A program made the position numbers and the translations under genes. Under the pieces are notes generated by a model, which worked only from the letters and a program-made list of their open reading frames with translations, searched no databases and was not told where the DNA came from. From a virus (Duplodnaviria > Caudoviricetes): a DNA stretch of 64,000 bases. Positions 38,726-48,105 of this stretch are shown here, piece by piece; within the stretch, counting starts at the first letter, position 1, and every line of letters starts with the position of its first letter. The DNA lies in IMG/VR virus record IMGVR_UViG_3300031784_000002; one strand, 5' to 3'.

Positions 38726-39448
38726 ATGAATTATCTAGATAAAGTATATAATTTGGATTGGAAAAAATATAACGATCTTGTTTATAACTCAATATCTTTT
38801 AAATATTTTCCAAAAGAAGAATTTGAAATTGAGACTATAACACCTGTAGATATTCTTTATGAATTGGAAGAAGAAAAAATAATTTATATACCAATTTCAA
38901 AAAATGCTTCTACATCAATTACAAATTCTTTAAACTTTAGACCAGTAACTACTTTTGTGCCCCCAAATTCTAAATTTTATCTAGATTATATAGATATCCC
39001 CGAAAAGTATAGAAGTGGTTATAAGTTTTTAGTCATTACTAGAGATCCGCAAAAAAGGTGGATTTCTGGAATAAATGAATTTTTGAATGAAAGGCCAGAT
39101 TTTGATGAGGATGATATAAAATCCTATGATAAATTTATCATAGAACTAAAAAATAATAAATTTATATTTGACTGCCATACTAGACCGCAATTTTCATGGA
39201 TAGATTTTTGTTTTAGATATGATCTTGATATAACTTTTTTAAAACTTGATGAAAATTTGAATGAAAAAATATCAAACATATTGGGAAGACAAGTCACAAT
39301 AAATCACTATAATCCTATTCAAAAGTATGAATCAAAAATAAAAAATTATAAATTTTGTTATGATATTTTAACTAAGTATTGTATGAAAAATAAAAATTTT
39401 TTAAATTTACATGAGATGGATTTTTATCTCTATAATAATTCTCTTTAA
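38726..39448 (+). CDS. Sulfotransferase family 2-like protein
   Basis: IYIPISKNASTSI (5'-PSB), ITRDPQKRWISG (3'-PB), HTRPQ. Confidence 0.8.
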   Translation: MNYLDKVYNLDWKKYNDLVYNSISFKYFPKEEFEIETITPVDILYELEEEKIIYIPISKNASTSITNSLNFRPVTTFVPPNSKFYLDYIDIPEKYRSGYKFLVITRDPQKRWISGINEFLNERPDFDEDDIKSYDKFIIELKNNKFIFDCHTRPQFSWIDFCFRYDLDITFLKLDENLNEKISNILGRQVTINHYNPIQKYESKIKNYKFCYDILTKYCMKNKNFLNLHEMDFYLYNNSL

Positions 39449-39453
39449 TAATT

Positions 39454-40029
39454 GTGTATTTACCTAATAGAATATTTTTTACTGGAGTTCCTGGATCCCG
39501 TTGGAGTGGTATCGCACAGACGTTAGAAACGATGTCTGGTATGAATACCTCTGACCGCACACCTGAGCGTGAATACGTTCATCATAGTTATACTGGACAC
39601 AGAGGAGCGTATTTTGGACCTGGTATGGAGTTTGAACCAATTCTTGATCCAGATTATATTGATCAGGCATGGATTGAACCTCAGGGATGCAAACTTATTA
39701 AAAGTCATGAATGGTCTTATTATCTAGATCAAATACAAAAGAAGTTTCCTAATGATCGGATATTAATGGTATATCGTCCAGATATGGTTAGTTATGCTTG
39801 GTGGCATGAAGCTGGAGGATTTCAAATTCAATATCCAAATTATAGTGCATATAAAAACAGTGGCACAATGTTAAGTGAGATCATGAAACAAAATTCTTGT
39901 ATGTTAGAATTTGGGATGTTAAATAAATGTAAGTGGGAATACTTTACATCTGAATGGATATACAATAATTTTGGACAAAGTATTGTAGTTAATAAAACAT
40001 TTTCGGACATCTTGGTTACATTGATATGA
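39454..40029 (+). CDS. P-loop/sulfotransferase-like protein
   Basis: IFFTGVPGSRWSG, LIKSH, LMVYRP pattern. Confidence 0.55.
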   Translation: MYLPNRIFFTGVPGSRWSGIAQTLETMSGMNTSDRTPEREYVHHSYTGHRGAYFGPGMEFEPILDPDYIDQAWIEPQGCKLIKSHEWSYYLDQIQKKFPNDRILMVYRPDMVSYAWWHEAGGFQIQYPNYSAYKNSGTMLSEIMKQNSCMLEFGMLNKCKWEYFTSEWIYNNFGQSIVVNKTFSDILVTLI

Positions 40030-40988
40030 CTAATAACAATATTTTAATTGGACATTTGGGTTGGGATGGATGTCATTTTTTGGGAGCTTGTCTCACTATG
40101 AGTGACAAAGTGTATTTTAATAATTGTACTCTTCGCGGCAAAGTGGAGTATTATCATAAAAATATGTCTGACATTAGTTGGGTAAACGGTGAACCCATCT
40201 GGTCAGATGTTTTTATGTTTTATGGTACTTCCTATGAGACAGATGGACATATTCATTATCGACATGCATGGTGTAATGATCCCAATCATCACCCTGAACA
40301 GTTTTCATCGGATTATGGATTAAAACAAAAAATTAGAATATCTAGATTACACGTACCCGTATATTATCCATTAAAAGAAATGTTGGAAAAAAATATTTCA
40401 CATCCAATGATGGACATGTTTAAGTGCAAATATTTTATTTGTTTAATGAATACAAGTCTTTTTTGTACACTAAGATCTATAAAAGTTGAACATGATGATA
40501 ACGTTGGTGTTAGTTGGGATAATGGACATGCTCCAATTCCAGATATGAAATGGTTTTCTGGGCCATTAACAGAAATAGATAAGTTAACAAATTCGTTAAC
40601 TGTTAGTGGATTTCAAAAATTATCAGAAGAATCACAAAAAAGAATTAAAGATCATCACAATAAAAACTTAGATCATTTGTTTAATCTAACTAAATTAAAC
40701 AAATCGGATAATGATTTATTAAAGACAATGATTACACATCAGTGGGATTGTAATTGGTTCTTAAATGAAGATGAAACTATTAACGGTCTTAAAGTTTTAT
40801 ATTCTGAGATGAAATTAGGCAAATTAAATGAAAATTTAATACGTAAAATGTATAGAATTTGGATTAACAAAATAGATTTCATTAAAAATTGGTATGTATT
40901 GAATGGATTTTCTAATGATGATGTGGAAGTAGTAAAAGTTAAATCTACAGATATGACTCCAATAAACCAGGAAATGTTTATGAAATAA
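40026..40988 (+). CDS. Hypothetical protein (possible divergent P-loop fold)
   Basis: ILIGHLGWDGCHFL N-terminal strand-loop; ATGA-coupled. Confidence 0.6.
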   Translation: MTNNNILIGHLGWDGCHFLGACLTMSDKVYFNNCTLRGKVEYYHKNMSDISWVNGEPIWSDVFMFYGTSYETDGHIHYRHAWCNDPNHHPEQFSSDYGLKQKIRISRLHVPVYYPLKEMLEKNISHPMMDMFKCKYFICLMNTSLFCTLRSIKVEHDDNVGVSWDNGHAPIPDMKWFSGPLTEIDKLTNSLTVSGFQKLSEESQKRIKDHHNKNLDHLFNLTKLNKSDNDLLKTMITHQWDCNWFLNEDETINGLKVLYSEMKLGKLNENLIRKMYRIWINKIDFIKNWYVLNGFSNDDVEVVKVKSTDMTPINQEMFMK

Positions 40989-41061
40989 AAATATTATAGT
41001 TTTTACAAAAAGAGTTTAAGTCTTTGTAAATACCAAATATAAATAATTGCAAGTATATAAC

Positions 41062-41736
41062 ATGAATAAAATGTTAACAGGAAAAGAATTCGTAAATAAA
41101 ATTAAAAAAGATAACGCTGAACTTTTTGAACAATCTCGTTTGAATGTTCGTCGTTTCTTTGATTCAAATCCAAGTAAAGAACATATGGTCAATCATTTCC
41201 GTGGTCGTATGGTAAACGAAGCAATGAACATGAAGGCAATCGCTGCTGAGGTTGCTTCTGCTCCTGCATCTATGGATGTTACCGAACTTGAATTATTAAC
41301 AAAACAAGCACAAGATGAAGCAAAACACTTCCGTATGGTTAAGGAAGTAATTGAACATATCTCTGGTGAGAAGGTAGATGTTGATGCTGCTTTCGCTGCA
41401 GAAGCTGCATCGCCCCAGGCTAAGGGTGCCACTCTCCTAGATAAGTATGAAGCATCATCTGACCCCGCTGCTCTTGCTGCATACCAACTCGTCGCTGAGG
41501 GTCGTGCAGAGGCAGTATGGAACGAAATGGCTGAGTGTGTAGAAGATGAGTTTATTTCTTCTCGTTACGCTGCTATTGCTAAAGACGAAGGTTTCCATGC
41601 CAACATTGGTGGTTGGAAACTTGAAAAACTTGTAGAAGGTGCTGCAGAAGTTCAAGAACGTATTTTAGAAATGGTAGATCAAATGCGTGTTGATCTTCTT
41701 GAAATTAGCAATAAAAATACTGCCATTGCTGTCTGA
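41062..41736 (+). CDS. Ferritin-like di-iron carboxylate protein
   Basis: E(NEA)...DEAKH...E(AEG)...DEGFH ligand set; TATAAATA at 41038. Confidence 0.8.
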   Translation: MNKMLTGKEFVNKIKKDNAELFEQSRLNVRRFFDSNPSKEHMVNHFRGRMVNEAMNMKAIAAEVASAPASMDVTELELLTKQAQDEAKHFRMVKEVIEHISGEKVDVDAAFAAEAASPQAKGATLLDKYEASSDPAALAAYQLVAEGRAEAVWNEMAECVEDEFISSRYAAIAKDEGFHANIGGWKLEKLVEGAAEVQERILEMVDQMRVDLLEISNKNTAIAV

Positions 41737-41752
41737 TAATTAATAATATATT

Positions 41753-42007
41753 ATGAGTACTCTTGAAACAAGGCGCCGCAAAGATAAAACTCGTGTAATC
41801 AAATGGGTTAGTGCTTGTACAATACTCATCGCAATGGTGTTTCATGTACTGGGACTAACCCCTTGGAATAGCATCCTACAACTAATCGGAGCATCTGGTT
41901 GGACTTATGTGGGATTTAAGTGGAAAGAACGTTCAATTATAATGAACTTCCTTCCACAATTTTTTATTATCATACCAGGATTAATTTATTTGTTATTTCT
42001 AAAATGA
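41753..42007 (+). CDS. Small three-TM membrane protein
   Basis: Three hydrophobic segments in 84 aa. Confidence 0.75.
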   Translation: MSTLETRRRKDKTRVIKWVSACTILIAMVFHVLGLTPWNSILQLIGASGWTYVGFKWKERSIIMNFLPQFFIIIPGLIYLLFLK

Positions 42008-42624
42008 AAAAAATGGTAATTCTTACTGGACCACAAGGGTCTGGTAATCATCTTTGGTCTAAAATATTTTCACTTCATCCTGAAGTATTCGGGTGGAAGA
42101 CTTTACTTGAAAACTATTGGGAAGCACATAGATTTGCTGAACCATTTTGTGAGTATTGGAAAGATCCTTCAAGACTCAAAGATTTTGATTGGTCTACTCA
42201 CGACTATTTTTTTACAAGTATTAGTGTTCCTCTCGGTATCCAAGAGAAAAAGTGGGAACCAAATATTATGTTATTTGCCAATGAAGTCAAAAAACTTGGC
42301 ATCGAAGCTCAAATATTGGTAATTGGTAGAGATCAAAACATTCTTAGACATCAGCAAAATCGTCTTAGAAAAGAAAATACCTTGACTCTGTTCATGAATC
42401 AACTGCCTACATTTACTAATCCAATCTTCTTAAGTTATGAATTGTTATATCTTTATAAACAAGAGTATTTAAAAAGTTTAGATCTCAACATTCCAATTGC
42501 TTGGGATGATTCTAGGGTAGATAAAATTTTGTCCAATGACCCTAATGATAAATACGTCCATCATGTGGAAGAATATTTCTTAGATAATTGCAACAAAACT
42601 GGCATACCTCTTAAGTCATTATGA
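42004..42624 (+). CDS. P-loop/sulfotransferase-like protein (paralog 1)
   Basis: ILTGPQGSGNHLWSKIF, IGRDQN; start at the ATGA overlap. Confidence 0.65.
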   Translation: MKKMVILTGPQGSGNHLWSKIFSLHPEVFGWKTLLENYWEAHRFAEPFCEYWKDPSRLKDFDWSTHDYFFTSISVPLGIQEKKWEPNIMLFANEVKKLGIEAQILVIGRDQNILRHQQNRLRKENTLTLFMNQLPTFTNPIFLSYELLYLYKQEYLKSLDLNIPIAWDDSRVDKILSNDPNDKYVHHVEEYFLDNCNKTGIPLKSL

Positions 42625-43277
42625 AGAAACTAGTAATTATTACAGGTCCACAAGGATCTGGTAATCATTTTTTTAGTAGAGTTTTTAGTACTCACCCCAA
42701 AGTGGGTGGATGGAAATCTCTTTTAGATAAGTATTGGGTTCCAAGTGATGAAGAATATTTTGCTAAGTATTGGGTAAATCCGGAGGAACTATCGGAGAAT
42801 GATTTTAGGGGATATGACTATTGGTTGGCAAATGTAAGTTGCCCATTTTATTATGATGGAGTAAGATATATTCCAAAGGTTCGAGAATTTGCAGAAAAAG
42901 CCCAGTCTTTAGGAATTGATGTTCAAATTTGTATAATTGTACGAGACCAAAACATCAATTCAGAACAACAAAAAAGAGTACGTGGTGAGGTAACTTTGCC
43001 AATCGCAATGCATTACTATCAAAATAACATAATTGGAAAAAATTTTAAAGTTCATTTTTTAGATAATGAAGCATTTTTCCTTCACAAACAATATTATTTA
43101 AAGTGGATAAGTGAACTACTAGATTTTCCCATTGACTATAATAATCCCGATATTTTCAAATTCATTACTGAAGATCCCAATAAAAAATATATTAAATATG
43201 TTAGTGAACATTGGTTAGATAAATCAGTATGGGATGGCATTAAGCCAAAAACAGATAGAAACATCAAAATGGTATGA
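42621..43277 (+). CDS. P-loop/sulfotransferase-like protein (paralog 2)
   Basis: IITGPQGSGNHFFSRVF, IVRDQN; alignable by eye to the preceding ORF. Confidence 0.65.
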   Translation: MKKLVIITGPQGSGNHFFSRVFSTHPKVGGWKSLLDKYWVPSDEEYFAKYWVNPEELSENDFRGYDYWLANVSCPFYYDGVRYIPKVREFAEKAQSLGIDVQICIIVRDQNINSEQQKRVRGEVTLPIAMHYYQNNIIGKNFKVHFLDNEAFFLHKQYYLKWISELLDFPIDYNNPDIFKFITEDPNKKYIKYVSEHWLDKSVWDGIKPKTDRNIKMV

Positions 43278-44662
43278 TTGATATGAACAAGACTTTTTGC
43301 ATGGCTCCATGGACTCACATGAACATTGGTCCTAACGGAGATGTTTATCCATGTTGTATGATGCCTATAACTGGCACAGAAGGAATTCCTGATGAAAAGA
43401 AAAAAGAACCTCCTATAATTGTTGATACAGATAATCTAGATGATGAGTATGATCTGGATGGTTTGAAAGAACTTATTGGCAGTATGCAAGAAATTGCTGA
43501 GCCAATAAATCCTTTGGAAATTGTTGCTACTGAATGTGAAGGGACTCCAAGAGATTTTAAAATGGGTTCTCTCCTAGATGAATCACTAAAAGACATCTGG
43601 AACGGTGAGAAGATGAGAGAACTTCGTAGAAACATGATAGCAGGTGAAAAGTGCAGTTATTGTACATCATGTTATAAAGAGGAAGAAATCGGTCATGGAT
43701 CTCTAAGACTTCACATGAATAAGACGTATGCAAAACATTATGACTACGTTAAAGAAACTAAAGAAGACGGAACCTTTGATAGATTCAATCTGGTCTACTG
43801 GGATTTCAGATTAAATAATATCTGCAACTTTAAATGTAGAATGTGTAGTCCTGGGTACAGTAGTGCTTGGGAACAAGAGATGAGAAAAGAATTCAATATT
43901 GAAGGTGAGTATCCCAAAATTGATGTAGATATGGTGCATCAAGATATCGAACCTCTCTACGATATTGTAGAAGAAGTTTATTTTGCTGGAGGTGAACCTC
44001 TAATTTCAGATCACCATTACAAGATTCTACGCAAATTAATTCAGAAAAAGAGAAACACTGTCGTTAGATTGTCATACAATACCAACTTCAGTACACTAAA
44101 ATATAAGAACAATAATGTTCTAGACCTATGGAAAAAATTTCCGAATCTTTCTTTATCTGTAAGCTTTGATGGTACAGAAAAAAGAGGAGAACTAATTCGA
44201 AAAGGATTCGATTGGCAAAAGTTTCTGGATAATTTTAGATTGTTTAGAAGTAAGTTTCCCCATACAAGCGTAAAGATCAACTACGTTTTCCAGGCTTTGA
44301 ATTGTTTTCATGCCATGGATGCTCATAGAGAACTTTATTTAAGAGGAATTATTACTGACTGGAATGACTTCTCTTTGTGCATCTTACATAATCCGGATTA
44401 TATGTCGGTTCTAATTCTTGATTCCGAATCAAGGAGATTGTTGGGCCAAAAGATTAAATATCATATTGAAAATTATCTTGCTCCAGCAAAAGCTCATGAG
44501 TCCATTAAACAATACATTTCTGTTCTCAAACTTTTGTCTGAAGAGAAGAGAGATCATCTAGTTCCATACTTCAAATCTTATATGTCTGCACTAGATTCCA
44601 TAAGAAACGAAAATTCTCTAGAAATTTTTCCTGAACTAGAAAGGATTTTGAGCGATGATTGA
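43274..44662 (+). CDS. Radical SAM enzyme with N-terminal twitch/SPASM domain
   Basis: FCMAPW...GDVYPCC...CSYCTSC; core CNFKCRMC (CX3CX2C); YFAGGEP. Confidence 0.9.
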   Translation: MIDMNKTFCMAPWTHMNIGPNGDVYPCCMMPITGTEGIPDEKKKEPPIIVDTDNLDDEYDLDGLKELIGSMQEIAEPINPLEIVATECEGTPRDFKMGSLLDESLKDIWNGEKMRELRRNMIAGEKCSYCTSCYKEEEIGHGSLRLHMNKTYAKHYDYVKETKEDGTFDRFNLVYWDFRLNNICNFKCRMCSPGYSSAWEQEMRKEFNIEGEYPKIDVDMVHQDIEPLYDIVEEVYFAGGEPLISDHHYKILRKLIQKKRNTVVRLSYNTNFSTLKYKNNNVLDLWKKFPNLSLSVSFDGTEKRGELIRKGFDWQKFLDNFRLFRSKFPHTSVKINYVFQALNCFHAMDAHRELYLRGIITDWNDFSLCILHNPDYMSVLILDSESRRLLGQKIKYHIENYLAPAKAHESIKQYISVLKLLSEEKRDHLVPYFKSYMSALDSIRNENSLEIFPELERILSDD

Positions 44663-45890
44663 TAAGAAAAAAATTAAAACAAAGGGTGAAGTTTTTTGTA
44701 TAGCCCCTTGGTTAGCTCTAGACATTCGACAAGATGGTGAAGTTAAACCATGTTGTGTTTCTGAGTATACTTATGGGGATATTAAAGAAAAGCCTTTATG
44801 GGAAATCTGGAATGATGAGCCAATAAGAAAACTCCGCGAGAATATGATTAATGAAATACCTAGCGAAAGTTGTCAGGTATGTTATAATAATCAAGCTGCA
44901 GGAAAAAGTTCCTTAAGACAAGATCTCATTAATAATTTGTTCTATGAAAATAGAAAGTTAGTATATGGTACAAATGATGATTACACTGTTAATGAACCTG
45001 GATTTGTTTGGTGGGACTTAAAACTCAGCAACAAATGCAATTTCAAATGTAGAATGTGTAGTTGGACCTCAAGCTCTACTTTTGAATTAGAACAAAATGG
45101 TGTAATCTCTGGTAGATGGAACGCATCTGAAAAAACTTATGAAGAGACTGAACCCTACCTTAATATGGTAAAACACCTATATTTTTCTGGAGGTGAATCT
45201 TTAATTATAGATGAACATTGGAAAATACTTGATAAACTAATTGAGTTAGGTAGAAATGATAAAGTTACTTTAGCTTACAATAGTAACTTTAGTAATCTTG
45301 TTTATAAAGGTAGACACATTTTTGATATGTGGGATAAGTTCAACAAGAGTGTAGAAGTACACATTAGCGTTGACGGTATTGGATCAAGAGGTGAGTTAAT
45401 CCGAAAAGGATTCAATTGGGATAGATTTGTATCTCATGCGGAGCAGTTCAGAGAAAGATTCAAAAATAAACCAATTACACATGAATTGCATTTTGATTGT
45501 ACAGTCCAAGCGTTAAACATTTTTGAAGTAGTTAAGTTGCATCAATATTTGTATAATAGTGGACTGATGAAGGATATAGATTTTTTCTTCTTAAACTTTA
45601 TGCAATATCCAAGAGAAATGTCCGTTTGGATTTTAGATAAAAAAACAAAGGAAACAGCAAAAGAAAATATAAGAAATCATATTGACAATTTCTTAATTCC
45701 TAATGGTTCAAAAAGGTCTGTAATATTCTATGAAAGTCTGATAAAGTATATTGATTTATATCAGGAACAACTTTTAATTCCAGAATTCTTGAAGTCAATG
45801 AGAAAATTTGACAAATTGAGGAATGAAAATGTAGTGGAAACTTTCCCAGAACTTCAAAGAATATGGAACGTAATTAAAAAGAAAGCCTAG
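44655..45890 (+). CDS. Radical SAM enzyme with N-terminal twitch/SPASM domain (paralog)
   Basis: FCIAPW...GEVKPCC...SCQVC; CNFKCRMC; YFSGGES. Confidence 0.9.
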   Translation: MIDKKKIKTKGEVFCIAPWLALDIRQDGEVKPCCVSEYTYGDIKEKPLWEIWNDEPIRKLRENMINEIPSESCQVCYNNQAAGKSSLRQDLINNLFYENRKLVYGTNDDYTVNEPGFVWWDLKLSNKCNFKCRMCSWTSSSTFELEQNGVISGRWNASEKTYEETEPYLNMVKHLYFSGGESLIIDEHWKILDKLIELGRNDKVTLAYNSNFSNLVYKGRHIFDMWDKFNKSVEVHISVDGIGSRGELIRKGFNWDRFVSHAEQFRERFKNKPITHELHFDCTVQALNIFEVVKLHQYLYNSGLMKDIDFFFLNFMQYPREMSVWILDKKTKETAKENIRNHIDNFLIPNGSKRSVIFYESLIKYIDLYQEQLLIPEFLKSMRKFDKLRNENVVETFPELQRIWNVIKKKA

Positions 45891-46731
45891 CCGACAATTT
45901 CTTTGCCACTTTCTTTGCAGGAGCAAACAGAGGTTTAAATCTTTTCTGACCTTCTTTTGTAAACTTGTCTGCGATGACATCATCGATAATAATTTTGTTG
46001 TCTATTTCGTAGAGAGCATTGATATCTACTTGATCACGGATATATTGTTCTATGTTATCCACTTGTTCTACTAGACGAGTTCCTTCAGAGGAGTATTCAA
46101 AGACATCTATATGACCCGATTCGGCTAGTACATAATGTAATACGGGTTTAACTTGTTTGATTTTAATTTTGAATTTGTTTTTGGTTGCTTCTTTAATAAA
46201 AGGTTCAGCAGCATTTTTAAGAGCGTTCAACACCGTTGTACTAGCAATTGTAGCTGCTGTAGTTACCACAGCAACAGCTCCTGCAGTAGCAACTAAAGAA
46301 GGATCCGGTAGATCGATATTCAATCCAGCAACTTGTAATCTAGGTTTCTCTGGAACTTCTATTACTGGAGTGGGCGCTTGAGTAGGGGGGGTTTGAACCG
46401 CAGCAGGCAATTGAGGAGGGAGGGTAGTATCTGGAAGTCCTCTTGATTTATCTAGTTGTTCTTGCGCTTGTTTTTCTCTTTCTGCCTTAACTGCAGCATC
46501 AAACTCTTCTTGTGTTGGGACATTAATTACGGGATAATTAATAGAGGGGTCTGGTGACTGGAAAATAGGAAGAGCCAGACCTTTAATTACAGGAATTTCA
46601 GTTGATCTTGTTACTGGTGGATCTATAGTTGGAATTATACTAGGACCTTGAATTCCAATTTTAGGGATTCCACCAGTAGGTATTTGTACGTTGTTAATTC
46701 CTTTGGCATTAATCGTCGGTATCTCATTCAT
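45874..46731 (-). CDS. Pro-rich membrane-anchored hypothetical protein
   Basis: Pro-rich N-half, hydrophobic ATAGAVAVVTTAAT segment, soluble C-domain. Confidence 0.75.
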   Translation of the reverse strand: MNEIPTINAKGINNVQIPTGGIPKIGIQGPSIIPTIDPPVTRSTEIPVIKGLALPIFQSPDPSINYPVINVPTQEEFDAAVKAEREKQAQEQLDKSRGLPDTTLPPQLPAAVQTPPTQAPTPVIEVPEKPRLQVAGLNIDLPDPSLVATAGAVAVVTTAATIASTTVLNALKNAAEPFIKEATKNKFKIKIKQVKPVLHYVLAESGHIDVFEYSSEGTRLVEQVDNIEQYIRDQVDINALYEIDNKIIIDDVIADKFTKEGQKRFKPLFAPAKKVAKKLSARLSF

Positions 46732-47297
46732 TGTGCCGCTGCTTGTTTTACAGAGGGATATTTCACGACAACATCAGCACAGACTTTATGGTATGGACTA
46801 TCTGGATGAAAACTAATTCCACTTTTAATAGCTTCACCACACTTAAGAAGTCGAACTAATTCGAAATCAAGTCTTGCTTTGTCTGCTTCTGCTTGTTGTC
46901 TTGCAATTTCAACCTTTGCTCTTGTTTTGCAGATCTCCTGAAGTGATCCATCAAGAGGAAAGTTAAATCCAAGACTCATACCAAAGTTGCCATTATGAGA
47001 TTGATAAGACGTTGGATCTTTACTTCCATTGAAACTCCCTAAAGCAAAGGGAGACAAACTCATCGTTGGTCCTTGACAACTAACCCCTCCGCCATAGGTG
47101 TTGAGAGCAAACGGTCCTTGTAAGACTTGGACAGCTTGGTTAGTAACATTACCTGTAGCGGAAGCACTAGGACCAGCGATATTAGTATTAGAAGGAGCAG
47201 ATTGAGCGTAAACTTTGCCATGACAAAGTACTCCTATTGCGTAAAGACAGACACAGAGTTTGTAGTAGACTGTGTTTCTGTGGTGCGATCTATCCAT
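46728..47297 (-). CDS. Exported hypothetical protein (true start probably about 47250)
   Basis: Signal-like segment ending VYA-Q; three Cys after SCQG; beta-strand ending LGFNFPL. Confidence 0.7.
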   Translation of the reverse strand: MDRSHHRNTVYYKLCVCLYAIGVLCHGKVYAQSAPSNTNIAGPSASATGNVTNQAVQVLQGPFALNTYGGGVSCQGPTMSLSPFALGSFNGSKDPTSYQSHNGNFGMSLGFNFPLDGSLQEICKTRAKVEIARQQAEADKARLDFELVRLLKCGEAIKSGISFHPDSPYHKVCADVVVKYPSVKQAAAQ

Positions 47298-47599
47298 GTT
47301 TCTTTAGCCACTCCAGGACCGAGATAGGTTTCACTGAACTGGAATGGAGCACCCTGAGTCATGATACTATAATTTGAATCCTGGTTTGGTTTTCCAGGAA
47401 TGTTAATATTAGTTCCAGTCACAGTGTATGATGTGCCAGTTGTGTATTCAACTTGGCGAATTGCTTCTATAATCTTTGTAGTAGATTCTGTGGTTGCTGT
47501 AATTGTGCCACGAGTAAAATTAGGCACAACACTCTCAGCATAAACGGGAGTACAAATGACTCCCGATGCTAAAAGCAAAACGGGAGTTAAGTGTCTCAT
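47234..47599 (-). CDS. Exported hypothetical protein
   Basis: Signal peptide ending PVYA-E; T-rich; ends SVFTQ. Confidence 0.75.
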   Translation of the reverse strand: MRHLTPVLLLASGVICTPVYAESVVPNFTRGTITATTESTTKIIEAIRQVEYTTGTSYTVTGTNINIPGKPNQDSNYSIMTQGAPFQFSETYLGPGVAKETWIDRTTETQSTTNSVSVFTQ

Positions 47600-48057
47600 T
47601 TGAATACGCTTAGCTCAATAGTTCTTTGAGCAGTAGCACTTGTTCCAGCACCACCAGCAGTAACAGTAGGAACACCAGTTGGGGAAAGAGTACCTGCAAG
47701 AGTTCCTTTCTCACCACCAACTTGAGTTACACTATCTCCATAGAGATTTGGTGTTCCAATAACACCATTAGTAACTGTTTGAGTAGTAACAGGAGTATCA
47801 GCAGCATTGATAGTTTCTGAGAAACTAAATGCTTGACCTGGAGTATTGATATCATAGGTTCCAGCACCACCAACACCACCAAAGGATGTAGATTGGATAT
47901 TGGTTCCTGATGCGGAATAGGAAGCACCGATTCGGGTTGATTGAACTGCAGCACCATCAACTTTCAATTGAACGGAATCAGTAATTTTTGATGTAATTTC
48001 AGCAGCATTAACTGGGATAGCGAAGAATAACGAAAAGACAAGAAATAATCTTTTCAT
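47596..48057 (-). CDS. Exported hypothetical protein
   Basis: Signal peptide ending PVNA-A; G/T-rich; ends SVFK; minus-strand TAAATA at 48083-48088. Confidence 0.8.
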   Translation of the reverse strand: MKRLFLVFSLFFAIPVNAAEITSKITDSVQLKVDGAAVQSTRIGASYSASGTNIQSTSFGGVGGAGTYDINTPGQAFSFSETINAADTPVTTQTVTNGVIGTPNLYGDSVTQVGGEKGTLAGTLSPTGVPTVTAGGAGTSATAQRTIELSVFK

Positions 48058-48105
48058 TGTTCTTATGATTTTTTGGGCAGCTTATTTAGGAATTTACAAA
48101 ATATT

